DNA from: Lytechinus pictus | Lineage: Eukaryota | Direction of reading: 5' to 3' | Length of the DNA: 64,000 nucleotides | NCBI RefSeq assembly: GCF_037042905.1 | Contig: NC_087250.1 | Location: 14,262,001 to 14,326,000, forward strand | Part shown: one piece after another, positions 1 to 12,831 of the stretch | Layout: each line of letters starts with the position of its first letter | How positions within the stretch are numbered: the stretch's first letter is position 1 | Program-made: the position numbers and the translations under genes | The notes under the pieces: generated by a model | Database searches by the model: none | What the model was told of the DNA's origin: nothing | The model's input: the letters and a program-made list of their open reading frames with translations, nothing else

Positions 1-735
1 AACAAAAACACCCATGAAGCAAACCCTCTTTTCACTTTTGTTAAAATTTTGATTTCCTCTCCCATACACATTGTGTACACTATGGGTGCATATGTTTAAT
101 AATAAATAATCCCTTATTCAAAATGGTGACACTTTTTTCAAAACTGTCTTTAGCAATGTCATTTGGCAGTAATGTTGATCAACTGTGGACAGAATTCTGT
201 GCAAAAATGAAATTTATTTGTTTATTTATGGATGAGTGAACACGCATCAAAGGGGGGGGGGTTGACATTTTCAATGTCACAGACTGATTTTGAGGGGTTA
301 TGAAATGAATAATGGGGGCAAATTCAGTTTAAACTGTGACTTAGTTGCTGTTTTTTTTTATCATCCATCATTTTCATCACCACACACGAATTTTTTACAC
401 ATTCATGGTTAAGCGAGCACACTTGAAAACTTAGGAATTCATACTTTTTATATTGCATAGTGCATTCTTTTCCTAACAATTTTTAAGGATCAGTTTAATT
501 TATGGACTAATGAGTGGTGAATCCAGAATTTGAAAATGGGGAGGGGGCCGAGGAATTAGGGGAGGGGAGCCACTAACATTTTCCAATTTTTTCATGCTTT
601 CTTAACTTATAGACTATAGAGGATACTACTGTAAACCCCTATGATGATATGTTACAAAAAAAATTCTCACTGAACCATGAACATACTTTAACAAAATTTT
701 GTGTGGAGTGGCTAAATGATGGATTATAAAATTTT
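1..735 (-). mobile_element. Diverged partial copy of the TA-flanked DNA element at 49159-51223
   Basis: 1-~730 is the reverse complement of ~49430-50303 (e.g. gtacactatgggtgcatatgtttaa vs ttaaacatatgcacccataatgtac; gtgtggagtggctaaatgatggat vs atccatcatttagccactccacac). Confidence 0.8.
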
Positions 736-744
736 GATAAACAC

Positions 745-1290
745 CTCCAACATGGCCAAAGTTCATTGACCTTAAATGACCTTTGACTTCGGTCATGTGA
801 CCTGAAACTCGCACAGGATGTTCAGTGATACTGGATTACTCTTATTTCTAAGTAATATGAATCAGATCCATAAACTTTCAAAGTTATGATGGTAATTCAA
901 CTAATACCCCAAACTTGGCCAAAGTTCATTGACCCTAAATGACCTTTGACCTTGGTCATGTGACTTGAATCTCAGGCAGGATGTTCAGTAATATTTGATT
1001 ACCCTTATGGCCAAGTTTCATGAACTAGGTCCACATATTGTTAGTTCCCCCAACATGGTCCAAGTTCATTGAACCTAAATGGCCTTTTATCTTGGTCATG
1101 TGACCTGAAACTAAGGCAGGATGTTCAGTAATACTTGATTCCTTATGTTTAAGTTTCATGAACTAGGTCCATATACTTTCTAAGTTATACTGTCATTTCT
1201 AAAACTTAACCTTAGGTTAAGATTTAATGTTGACGCCGCCGTCGCCGTCGGAAAAGCGGCGCCTGTAGTCTCACTCTGCTATAAAACAAA
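745..1290 (+). repeat. Interspersed repeat with three internal ~140-165-bp units (TGACCTTTGACC type; possibly Helentron-associated)
   Basis: ccaaagttcattgacc..aaatgacctttgac..ggtcatgtgac recurs at ~747, ~909 and ~1048, followed by a GC-rich end (gccgccgtcgccgtcggaaaagcggcg). Confidence 0.55.
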
Positions 1291-1319
1291 AACGTGTAAA
1301 AAAGTCAAAATGTCAAAGA

Positions 1320-2375
1320 TTTTCATCTCGCACTTCGTGCTCGCATCATTCATTGGTACCCTCCTTTTTCTATAATTACCAAAGCTGCAAGGAATAACAA
1401 TTTAAAGTCTAAATCTAAAAATAAAAAAAATAAAAAAATAAATTTACCCCAGCTCGCGCTTCGCGCTCGCAGCATAATATAGTGAAATCCACATCCTCTC
1501 TACACGATTTCGTCATGTTGGACAGTGCTTAAAACGGGCTCTTTGGGGTCAGTAAATCAATTTTTTCAGCTCGCGCTTCACGCTCACATTCTGTTTATAG
1601 GGATACACAGCCTGTCCAATTACAGATGCAGAAACCGAGTTTGTTCTAAATAATAAGAACGTGTAAAAAAATTAAAATATCCAAAATTATCTTAATTAAA
1701 AAAACTGCAATGAATACCCGATTTTAAGTCTGAATTAAAAAAAGTAACCCCAGCTCGCGCTTCGCACTCGCATTTTTTGTTTGATTAGATACCCATCGTG
1801 TCCATGATATCAAAAAGTGTTTGCAATGTTCAATTTTCAGGTAGCAAGAGTCATTTAGTTCTATTCCCACCCTGTCCATGGTTACTCTCAGCTCGCTTGT
1901 TTTTCTGTTTTTTTTTTTTCAAAAACGTGCTTAACCGGTCTTATTCATGAGTCACAGCAAACAGTCATTTACAGGTGTTTTTTTTTTCAAATCGGTTAAT
2001 TAAAACTTTCTGCTCGCACTAGCATGTAATGTTTAGTCATTTACGCATATTATTCATAATTACAACAAATGTTTTGAATGTCCAAATTTCAGCTCGCGCT
2101 TTGCGCTTATTTACTGTGTTCCTTATTAAAAACTTGCTTAACCAGTCGAGTTTTTAAATCGAGTATCTCAAGATTTTATCCGCTTTCATTTCGCGCTCAC
2201 TCTATTTGATTAATGAGAAATATGTTCTATTCATGAGTCACTGCAAAATATCTTTAATATATCATTTTCAGATCACTTTATTAAGTTTTAGTTGATTTAA
2301 ATAAGAGTTTCATGCAAAAAGTTGTTAGAATATTGAGTTTTCTGGTCGGAAGTTTCAGCTCGCGCTCGCATTCAT
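1320..2375 (+). repeat. Repeat element with dispersed GCTCGCGCTTCGCGCTCGCA mini-hairpins
   Basis: Motif recurs at ~1328, 1452, 1569, 1753, 2092 and 2358. The same family is inverted at 34480-35330 and ~29275. Confidence 0.7.
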
Positions 2376-2399
2376 GAATTTTGTTTTGGGGATATTAAC

Positions 2400-2720
2400 T
2401 GAGAGTTTATTAGCTTAAAACCAGTCTATCAAATCAGCAAGATTTATTAGTTTTGAGAGTCTGTGTTACTAACTATTGAGTTTGTGTCATCAAAATATAA
2501 AACAGTGTCCCAATGTGTTTAATAAAAGTTTTAATATCATTCACATATAAAAGAAAAAAAAAACGGGTCACGGATGGATCCTTGCGGAATTCCGCACTTA
2601 ACAGATGACAGAGCAGAGGAATACGTATCAACACAAGTAAATTTTTTCCACCCTTTAAGATAACTTTCTATAAGATCCAAGGCTTTACCTCGAATTTTCA
2701 TGATGTGTAGACTTTGACTA
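2400..2720 (-). pseudogene. Decayed LINE reverse-transcriptase fragment (CR1-group-like)
   Basis: Translation IRGKALDLIESYL...VKCGIPQGSIRDPFFF matches the LINE RT GVPQGSxLGP region; a degenerate FADD-like codon run follows. Confidence 0.7.
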
Positions 2721-2731
2721 AGTGAACCAAA

Positions 2732-3547
2732 TGAAGAGCTCACTTGCAAAAGAGATGAGGTCCATTTTTCATCAAATTTGATTTTTATGTCTCAATGTAA
2801 AGATTTTTAGTAGCCCTTTAAGATAATACCAAATAAAAGTTGAAATCTTATTAAAAAGTGAACTAAAATGGCAAAGAAAAATCACCTTTTATCGAAAGGG
2901 GTTGGTCTATTTCAGTTTAGTTGCAAGAGGGATTAGGGCCACACAATTTTTTTTGGAAAAGAATATCTTAAAAAATATGAAGACAGGTAGATTTCTTTTA
3001 TACCCAATTGTATGTTCTCGTGGTAGGGTATCATGAAAGTTCAGTTTCGCATAAGAATATTGCAATATGGAAGAATTAAAAAATGATTTTCTTGGAGTGT
3101 ACCTAACCCCTTTGCAACCAAACTCTTTTGAAGAACTCATTTGTCAAAAGGGGTGAGGTCCATTTTTCATAAATTTTATTGTTTTCTGTCTCTAAACCTC
3201 AAAATTTTTAGTCATTCTGATGATACCAAAGAAAATTTGAAATTCAAATGAAAACGTGAATGAAAGTGGCAAAGAAAAATAATTTTTTAATCAAAAGAGA
3301 TTGGATTCATTTCAGTTTGCTTGCAAAGGGGATTAGGTCCACAATGATAATTTTTTTTTAAATATATAGAAAAAAATTGAAGACAGGAAGATTTTTTTTT
3401 ATGCCCAATTTTATGTTCACATGATAGGGTAGTACATCATGAAATTTTGTTTCTCATAAGAATATTGCAATAGGTGAGAATAAAAAACATGTTTTTTCTC
3501 GGAATGGTCCAAAGTGGACCTAACCCCTTTTGCAACTAAATTCTTCA
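2732..3547. repeat. Head-to-tail dimer of a ~400-bp TIR element
   Basis: Units ~2732-3127 and ~3130-3547 each start gaagagctca.ttg(t)caaaag.g.tgaggtccat and end (g/t)acctaaccccttttgcaac.aaa, the inverted complement. Confidence 0.65.
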
Positions 3548-4534
3548 TATTTTGACACCGGGAAGAAAAGTTGCATGGTAGGGGAAAATCGCATACTGGT
3601 GACATTTGAGACTTGCGATTGATTTTTTGACTTGTATTTGAACGCAACTCTTTCTGCAACGGACCCCAGAACTTCATTATCTTTTTTTGAAATTCCAGAT
3701 GCTTTACTTTCTTGCAGTTTAACTGCTCCCTTTCATTCATCATTCAGAACTACTATGAACATGCACAGCAACGATGCTTCTTCTTCTTCTTCTTCTTTAG
3801 CTCGATTCATGTTTTGCCTCGGTATCGTCAACGACTTTCCGCAAACTTAACGGGGACGGATTCTACAACATTGAAAATCACAATGAACAGCTGAGAGCTC
3901 TTTGTCGAAAGTTGTTGAACTGGGACAGCCGAACGTCGTGAGATTCTCAGCTGATGGGAAATTGCAAATATGACGTTTGTCGAGAGTGCAGGACGAAACT
4001 GCTATTTGATTCCGCGATTTTCGACAAAGACTGCTTTGTCACGAACCCGTCATGAAACGCTTTTGACAATAGATATTCTATGTTGTAGAACTCGTCCCCG
4101 TCGCGAAATTTCCTTTTTATCTTGATAGGATCATAATATACACCATCCCCGTAATCAATGATTATTGGGTGGAGCTTTGCTCTGACACCTCATTATTTTA
4201 TATTAATTCGTGATAGTGACAGCTGTTGTTTCCTGCAGTGCTTAACAAAAAATATCACACTTTTATTGTTTTCGCATCTGTTTCAAGGTTAGAGGTTGAT
4301 AATTGGAATCAATACACATTGCATTATTCTCACTTTTTCTAAAGGTAAATAAAAGATATACAACACACGCTATGAGGCAAACCTGAAATAGACATGCATG
4401 TATATAAAATATGAACGGCAATTATCATGAACGCAAACTCCGTTTTGGTGTTTTACAATTGTCGTTCATATGTTTCTCTTCCATTTAAACGCCGAATAAG
4501 ATATATACGTATACATACAGGATATTTTAGAGGG

Positions 4535-5933
4535 CAGTGGAGGATCCAGGGGGGGGCACATCCGGCCCGTCTTCCCCCCCCCCCCCCCTTGAGAGTCATA
4601 GCCAATATTTTATATTTTTAATGTAAATATGTTGTTCATTCACAATCATGTTTCTATTTAATACTAAATCATGATTGACGATATTTTGATTTCGTCTTTT
4701 TTCTTCATATCACTCTCTTCATCCTCCGCCATTCTCTTTCTCTCTCTCTCTGTCCCTCTCTCTCTCTCTCACTTACGCACTCTCTCTTTGTCTCTGTCTC
4801 TTATCCCTCTTTTCTATTATTTATGCCAAGAGATATTTACTGAAAGTAGATTTAACCCTGAATAGACTGGGCTATTTCGACGCCGAGGAAGACTGGGGGC
4901 TGATTCAGCCCCCCCCCCCCCCCCCACCTTATGATATCAGCTGTCGATTAGCGCGGTCGCGACCTTTGCGTAAAATTATGAGTTTGTTCTAATTAAGTTA
5001 ATAATGCCCCCCAAATGCTATTTTTTTGTTCACAGACTCTTTATAGGAATCTAATTATATGTACTTTATTTAAGTGTCAACATCACATATTATGTTAATA
5101 TATTGTATTGTTTTCTAAATTTCTTATGTATGTCATTGTTTTTCGACTTTTGCTCTTTATTGTTCTTTCAATGGAAATTGTTGGGGACTTTATTTTAATC
5201 ATGAACAAGATTAAATTAATTGATATCAATCAGTAAAAGGACAAATTATTATACATTTATGAATTTCGGCAAAAAACACTATTTGTATTCGATTACTACA
5301 CGACTTCACGTTTTTGAGCAATTTCGGGTCTTTATGCACTTACGAAATGTGGCGTAATTTCGTAACCGCGAATCGAGGGGTCGCGATTTTGGTCTCAAAA
5401 GTTGCATATGACCTAAAAGTAAATATTCAGCGAGCGACGCGGTCAAAAAAACTGTCGAGGGGGGACCATCCCCCCCCCTCCCCGTCTTCTTAGGGTTAAG
5501 TTTTGAGGTAATACTGTTAGTTTGTGTTTATTTTCTTATGATCCTCAAATTGTATATTTGTTTTGTAAGCCTACTACTTTGTATTTTTGGTTCGAGCAAG
5601 AATACTGACAGCTGCCAATGATGTTCTAATAAATTCATTCATTCACAAGTGTGCCCACCCACCCCCCCCCCCCCCACCCTTATAAGAGTAACATCAAATA
5701 TTTTTTCTAGGAATGTGTCGTTTATAAACAAGTAATATTTCTTTTTATTATAAAAGTTTACGTGAGACAAAACGACCCTGAATTTGTTAGTGAAAACCCT
5801 TTTCTTTTGTTTGTTTTTTCCAATTTTACGTAGGACAATATCACCTTTATTTTTAGAGAAACCCTTCTTTGGCTTGTCAAATTTCCTAGGGAAACGTTGC
5901 CCCTCCCTTTGAAAAATCCTGGATCCGCCCCTG
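4535..5933. mobile_element. hAT-like non-autonomous element
   Basis: TIRs cagtggaggatccagg / cctggatccgcccctg; imperfect 8-bp TSD ttagaggg / ttagatga; carries a nested piggyBac-like MITE. Confidence 0.55.
4856..5495. mobile_element. piggyBac-like MITE
   Basis: TTAA-CCCTGAATAGACTGGG ... CCCCGTCTTCTTAGGG-TTAA. Confidence 0.75.
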
Positions 5934-6364
5934 TTAGATGAAATTATATGATGCCTATCTAAATCTAAAAATATTGTTTGGACACTGATCGTAATCAAGG
6001 GTTCCGTTACATTACACTGAATAATTTAATTATTCACCCCTGTTTTAATGGAAGCGTAGAGAGAAAATCAGTATATAAAATATTAATGTGAGTTACATTG
6101 ACATTCAGTTTCATGCTACTATTGGCAAATAATATCAGAAACAAATTTTCCTTTCTCTCTCTTTCTGTTTCTCCCTTTTGTGGCACTATTTCAAATCTTA
6201 ACTGTTACATGGGTATCCTCATTTCTTAGATGTGGCTGCATTTCGAATAAACATTGCATGCACATTTAACACTGCTCCGATAACAGTAATGAAGTGGATG
6301 CAGTGGTTCCATGCAAGAGAGTTAAGAGCGACTGACCGAGAAAACAATAACCAACTACTGTATA

Positions 6365-7182
6365 CAGTGCGTCCCAGAAAAAACGAAACCGAGATTTAGC
6401 AATGATTTATCATTACATAATCATGAATAAAATAGACAAATGACCTACCAATGTAAAGCTTAAAATCTCCTCTTTCATCTGATATTACTTAGATAATTCC
6501 TCATTCACGCATGAGTGAGCAAAAACAATTTGAAGAAAGGATACCAAAAACTCATTTGGCGGGGGGTATCTGAATTTCAAAGAGAAAATCACATGACTGA
6601 AAAGTTCAATATCTGCTCTTTTATTTGATACCTTAATCACATAAAATGGTCACGAAGTAAAAAAGTTATGATCCCTCGAAACAATGCTTGTATTTCCATA
6701 ATTTCATTAAATAAACGTGTTTTCACTGGATTCCCACAGAAGCTATCGCACGGTAACAAAAGACTTAATGCATGGCTGATCGTCAACAAAACGGAATGTC
6801 GAGAGAGTTTGAACGCTAGCCTGTAAAACCTCTTCATTTTATGAAATTATTGAAATTCAAGCCTTATTTCAAATAACCAGAACTTTCTTATTTCTTGGCC
6901 ATTTTCTGTAATTGAGGTATCAAATTAAAGAGCAGATATTGAACTTTTTAGTCATGTGGTTTTCTTTTTAAAACCCAGATACGGCCCGCCAAATGAGTTT
7001 TTGGTATCCTTTCTTCAAATTGTTTTTGCTCACTCATGCGTGAATGAGGAATTACCTAAGTAATACCAGATGAAAGAGGAGATTCTAAGCTTTAAAATGG
7101 TAGGTCATTTGTCTATTGTATTTGTGATTAAGTTATGATAAATCATCGATAAATCTCGGTTTCGTTTTTGTGGGACGCACTG
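6365..7182. mobile_element. Tc1/mariner-like MITE with ~270-bp TIRs
   Basis: TA-CAGTGCGTCCCAGAAAAAACGAAACCGAGATTT ... AAATCTCGGTTTCGTTTTTGTGGGACGCACTG-TA; long inverted arms. Confidence 0.9.
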
Positions 7183-7399
7183 TATAAATGATGCATTTTA
7201 CAAGTATTGACGGCATGATAAGGTAGATTTCGTAACACCAAACCGTCCATTCTCGATAAAATTTGAGAAATTATCATCAAAATATTATTTTAAAAAGCGG
7301 TAGTTTCTACCGAAATGACAAGTAAAATCGGTAGGTGGTCAAAATGCGTAAAAAGTGGTCGACTACCGCCAAAAGAGGTAGAGTTGGCAACTATGATAG

Positions 7400-8000
7400 T
7401 ATTACAATTTTTATACCATGATATCGAACTCTAGGGTGTCGACTGCTTAGGAGAGATTAAAAAAATTATTGTGCAATTTGCTTTTTTTTTATTCAAGGAA
7501 TCCGATACCCTGGTTTATGAAATATTAAAGTGCATGTTCGATGGAATGATTCTCCGAAAACCAAATTGGCTCGTATGTTATAAATGATTTTTTTTTTAAT
7601 AAAGAGCGAGTCTTTTATAAATACCCCTTTTCAAGTATTTTGTACGAATATGGCAGGATAAATATTGGCCTGTAGTTATTTGATTTATGTTTGTCACCCT
7701 TTGTGAGAATTTGAATAATTTCAGAGACCTTTAATTAATCAGGAAAAATGCCTTTCCTTAAACGTTTGTTGAAAATATAACAACGGATCATCTATGGAAA
7801 ATATTACACGCATTATGACTTTTGAAAAGATATCATCAAAACCATTTGAGTTGCTATTCTTCGTACCTTTCACATATTCATTTTTTGCCTGGAGATAGTA
7901 GGGGAGGGGGATATTGCGTTGGGCAAATTTATATCTAAGTAATCATTAAAACATTTTGGGGGAATTGGAATACTGTAAGTTCTGGACCAATATTCTGAAA
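7400..8000 (-). pseudogene. Decayed LINE ORF2 fragment (N-terminal part of RT)
   Basis: Minus strand gives NYRPIFILP..KILEK, SQFGFR..HSIEHAL and a degenerate LSKAxDT across frameshifts; similar to 27200-27510. Confidence 0.7.
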
Positions 8001-8681
8001 GTGTACATTGCAGAGGCATAAATGGCAGAGGTAAAGATCATGACATGCTACATCAACAAAGAAGACGGAGCTTTTTCGGTTAATATCAGTCATAATTATT
8101 GAACTTGAACGGACTCCTCTTGACGAAATGAGTATTATGAACTGATTAGATATTATATGGATTTTTTTTCATCATTTTAGGTCTATACTCTATCGTTGAT
8201 ATGATTAAACTCAAATATTTTCATGCCAAAATAATTTCAATTGATGAAAGGATTTATCTTGGCCAGTTCGTATAGTAGAACAGCACTTAATCCCATACAT
8301 ACCCAACAAATTTTAATGTAAACACCAATGTGCGCTACCATTGACACACTGAAATAGACAAGTTTGGGATTTCTTTGAACCACTTGCATAACTTGGATAA
8401 CAGAAAAATAACAAAACGCTCTGTAATAAAAGTAATTTTTATATTTCAACATCATAATGGATCCGAATAGATATTGCTATTATACGCATGTAGTTTAATG
8501 TAAATTATATAATGATAGCAACCAGTGTTCAGTTTTTCCGAGCAATACCTCATTGCACCTAGTCCAAGTGGATGTCAGGTTCCTAAACTAGTTTCTATGG
8601 TATGAATTTTGAAATGTGTAGCGAATCAGGGATTTAAATATATAGGTGTTTCTTAGGTACCATTCTATCGACCTATTTTTA

Positions 8682-9160
8682 AGCGGAAATTCACCCTGGG
8701 AAATGGTTTACTGTAAAATTAGCAGAAAAATATATTGGTGGTTTGCGAAAAGTCCCTCAAAGATTAAGAAAGTTATTAGAAGTTTGAGTTTTTGATCTGT
8801 GACGTCATATACTTGGAGCTGCCCCGTATTTTATTCACCAAAATAAATACTTTTCAATTTTTTAATCAGTGGTTCATGATTGCCAAAAAATCTTTCAGAA
8901 GCGGATGTGAAATGATGTGTATGTTGATATACTTAAGGTACAATAAAACCATTTTCATTTTTTTTTTTAAATGACATTTCATTTTTATTTATATTACACC
9001 ACATGTGGGAAAAACTGCTCGGAAATGACGTCACCGTTAAAATGTAAAATTCTAATAGCTTTTTAAATCTTTGATGGATTCCCTAAAACCCCCACCGATA
9101 TCATTTCAATTATTTTCTGCTACTTCTACAATAAACTTTATGTCAGTGTGAATTTCCCCT
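8682..9160. mobile_element. Diverged Kolobok-like MITE
   Basis: Ends (ttt)aagcggaaattcaccctg ... cagtgtgaatttcccct(gtaa); internal tgacgtca motifs in both arms. Confidence 0.5.
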
Positions 9161-9404
9161 GTAATGAATTAAGAATAATACTTGGGATCCAAAGTGTGCT
9201 TCAAATTTGAATATTAGAAGAGCGATTTGACATGAGATGGCCGTGCATATAAGTCCGGGAAAAATAAGAAATACCAGCTCAAGTGTTAACAATTTGGTGC
9301 AGAAGATCTACAGTATCATTTAAAAAATGTTACGCTTTCCATTAGTCAAACATTATAATTCCAATTTTATTCTCAGAACCTTTCTTATTTAATCTGCTGT
9401 TTTT

Positions 9405-9580
9405 GGCATGGGGGTTTAAGACTGACCCGTTATACCTCTGTCATTTTTTACCTCTTCCATTATTATCTCTGCCATTTTTACCTTTGCCATTTTTACCTCT
9501 GCCATTTTGACCTCTGCCATTTTGACCTTTACCATTTTTGCCTTTGCCATTTTTACCTCTGCCATTTTTACCTCTGCCAT
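9405..9580 (-). repeat. 15-bp tandem array (TTTTTACCTCTGCCA)n of an interspersed element
   Basis: About ten units next to gcatgggggtttaagactg; the inverse arrangement occurs at 32915-33130. Confidence 0.85.
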
Positions 9581-10562
9581 GAAACAGCCAACAAAAATCA
9601 AGACCGGGAAACTGTTCCGTCTTTGAATGATCAGATACCCTTGGTAGTCAAGGTAGTTGCTATTGTTACAAACACCTGTATATTCTCATTAAGATGCGCA
9701 TAACCAAGTGACGGTGACTGTCATTGGATCAAAGAAATTATGACCAGAAAAGGACAGGGTGACTTTTGAAATAAACAATATTGAAATTTAATAAATTGAA
9801 ATAATTTCAATATTTTGTGATAAAACAGAGGAATTCGTTTCCACAAGTAGACCAATTGTTTTTTTTTTTAATATATGATTTATATTTCCCGGGTATACGA
9901 TTGACGTACTTTAAGAAATTGGAGAAAAGAAAACAGTTGTGTCTACATTGAAAACAAGGCGCTTCTTTGAATTATTTTCAAGACCTTCATTGTCTGAATA
10001 GCCTATCTTTTGTTAGGTTAAGAAAAATGGGCCAGCATGATCTTTTCATTTTGCAGGAATGAAAATAGTGGAGGCTGACTATGTATGTAAGTTGTAATTC
10101 ATGAAATATCGAAATCAAATGGATTGTAATGACGAACAGCATGTCATTGGTAGGTAAATCTGAGCTGTAAACATCTTATATCTTCCTCGAGCGTAGACTG
10201 GGGGGCGCACTGGATTAACGTGCACCCTCTCGCTGAGGCATAGGAGTTCAGACACTGGCAAGCAAAGCAAAATTTGTACCCCTTCTTCTGCTTTCAACAG
10301 CTGACTTTCCAAACATAAGTTCCCCCTCCCCAAGGTGAGCACCCCTATATTACCCCCCCCCCTCAGTTAAGTAAGTGTAAAAGGAGTTTTCCAGATTGAA
10401 ACCGTGTTCAGTTCGAATAAATAGAGTAAAATAAGATCAACAACGCACTAAAAATTTGATCAAAAATCGGATGATGAATAACAAAGTTATGACAGTTCAA
10501 AGTTTTGAATTGAATTTTTAATTTATTTTTTACCCAATATCACTGTCAGGTACAATTATAAG

Positions 10563-10601
<39 letters not shown>

Positions 10602-10853
10602 TATAGGGTATTTATATTGCGCACATATTCATCTTGTTAGGTGCTCAAGGCGCTCCTATATTACCCGGCTAAGCTAGGCGTTCAGAGCGCACACAGCTAA
10701 TTCTTAAGGAATTACTTCCTACCGGTACCCATTTACCTCACCTGGGTTGAGTGCAGCACATTGTGGATCAGTTTCTTGCTGAAGGAAATTACGCCATGGC
10801 TGGGATTCGAACCCACGACCCTCTGTTTCAAAGTCCGGAGACTAATCCACTAG
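10563..10853 (-). mobile_element. tRNA-derived SINE
   Basis: Minus strand: TAGTGGATTAGTCTCCGGACTTTGAAACAGAGGGTCGTGGGTTCGAATCCC (A/B boxes), body TGCACTCAACCCAGGTGAGGTAAATGGGTACC, (ATT)n tail at 10563-10600. Confidence 0.85.
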
Positions 10854-11084
10854 GAATAGTACATCACATATAAACAAAACATTTGGTAATTGGAGCTAAC
10901 ATAATAGGAAGATGCTAATCGAGGTTAGCCCCAAATAATGTCATTATCATAGTTTAAACAATAATTTTAACTAAATCTCAATATTGTACATCAAATTCAG
11001 TACTAATTCTACTTATTACTGTTGCAGAAAATTTCGATCATTTTAAGTGAACATATTTAAACTACAAGAAAAAAAAAACCTTAA

Positions 11085-11667
11085 AGGAGAATGAAACCCT
11101 TGAAACTAGCTGAATCCATATCAAAGAGAAAAATCAAAGAAACATATTGTTGAAAGTTTGAGGAAGATTGAATGAATAATAAGAAAGTTATGAGCATTTG
11201 AATATTGAGATCACTAGTGCCATGTAGATCCTCCCATCGGCAATGCGACCAAGATCTGTGATATCACACACGTACAACTCCTTCATTACTTTAGTACTTA
11301 TTTCACTTATATTCTCACTTTTATAGAGTCTATCACAAGGTTAGGTGTTTTCTTTATGAGATGACAAGTACAGAGGTTTCACAACATTATATCATTGATG
11401 AATCGTTTGTCATATGATTAGAATGAGCAAAAAGAGATGTTTTTGGGTATATTTTCAGTGTCCGAATGGGAGAGTTGTACGTGTGTGACATCACAGATCT
11501 TGGTCGCATTGCCAATGGGAGGATCTCCATAGCATTAGTGATCTCGACATTCAAATGCTCATAACTCTTTTATTGCTAGTCCTATTTTACTCAAAGTTTT
11601 GTTGATCTTATTCTTTGATTTTTCTGCTTTCACAAAAGCTAACTTGCTCCAAGAGTTTCATTCTCCT
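11085..11667. mobile_element. Kolobok-like MITE
   Basis: TTAA-AGGAGAATGAAACCCTTG ... CAAGAGTTTCATTCTCCT-TTAA with long imperfect arms. Confidence 0.85.
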
Positions 11668-12230
11668 TTAATTATTCACAAAATCTTTATAAAGAGTTAT
11701 TTGTTTTCAGGCAGTATTTACCATACCAAATTAATTATAATCTTCCAGTAGCATTAATTTAAACGATTTGCTAAATATCTTGCGACTGGGGTGTTTCTAA
11801 TAGAGAGAGACGAGTGTACAGAAAAATCACTCGGAGTGTGACGTCACCGGGGGAATTTAGTATAAGAGGTACCCGAATGTGATACAGAAATGCTATGCAG
11901 AGAGAGAAAGATGATTTTACAATTTTTTTTTTCAAAGCAACTCAAATCAAACAAATATGACTCATATGTACAAATCTTTACTTTACCTGTATAAAAAAAC
12001 ATTTTGAATAACTATCATGAACTCTTAAATCATGATGTAAGATTGCAAACAGTGAGTTATTGAATGATATTTTCACTATTTCTCATTTATTTTATTACGA
12101 TGTTCCATCAAGTGAGTAGCTGGAAAGTAATTCCGGCGGCTAGCTCAGCTCTGCGCGCGCTGCACGCCTATACAATACACACACAACACCCAGGCATTGA
12201 GTGTACTGTAGTGGTCTGGTATGTCGACCC

Positions 12231-12274
12231 CATAGAGATGTATACTAATAACGTAATTAGTATACATCTCTATG
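12231..12274. mobile_element. 44-bp hairpin mini-element, P-superfamily-like
   Basis: CATAGAGATGTATACTAAT-aacgta-ATTAGTATACATCTCTATG flanked by a perfect 8-bp direct repeat GTCGACCC (12223-12230 and 12275-12282). Confidence 0.75.
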
Positions 12275-12831
12275 GTCGACCCGCGCCCGCAGTTCATTAC
12301 CATGCAGCGATCCCCTGGCGTCTCTTTCTTTTTTTATTTTGTCTTTGACTCCATTTTTACATCCTCTGGATCATTTCCACTCATAGCTCATTCCACAGAA
12401 CAATCTTGAATCAAACGTACTATTCTTCTCGGCCTTCCGAGTTGTTTTCTAAATTTAATTACGCTAGGGGTCACCGTCACACATACAAACGCAATTCGCA
12501 AGTGAGTTGAAGACAGCAAGAAAGGTATGCGGTATGGTACGGTAGCTCGACAGCTAGCTGCGCCGGAGCGGGCGGCCGGTCGGCACAAAGCAATTCCGCA
12601 ACCAACTGTGTTGTTTTTGCAAGAGCCGCGTCACACGCGGATAAATATGTCATAATAACACGTCTGCTACGTTATCGACTGGTGAAAAGATCTCGATCAA
12701 ATTTTATATTATTCGCCTTGAAATTATTCCTTTAGGGTCTACCCAGGTAACAAGCCAACGTTGGCTCCACGTTGGAAACTTGAAAGTCGTTGGACGTTGG
12801 AAAAACTTGATGGATTAACGTTGAATCGACG

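Noticed and set aside
10040..10345. Possible plus-strand micro-exons (ttttgcag|...gtaagt; aag|gtgagc)
   Set aside because: Splice-like motifs alone, with no recognisable protein or partner exons.
10790..10853. tRNA gene
   Set aside because: It is the head of a SINE: it runs into the SINE body and (ATT)n tail and lacks a complete acceptor stem.
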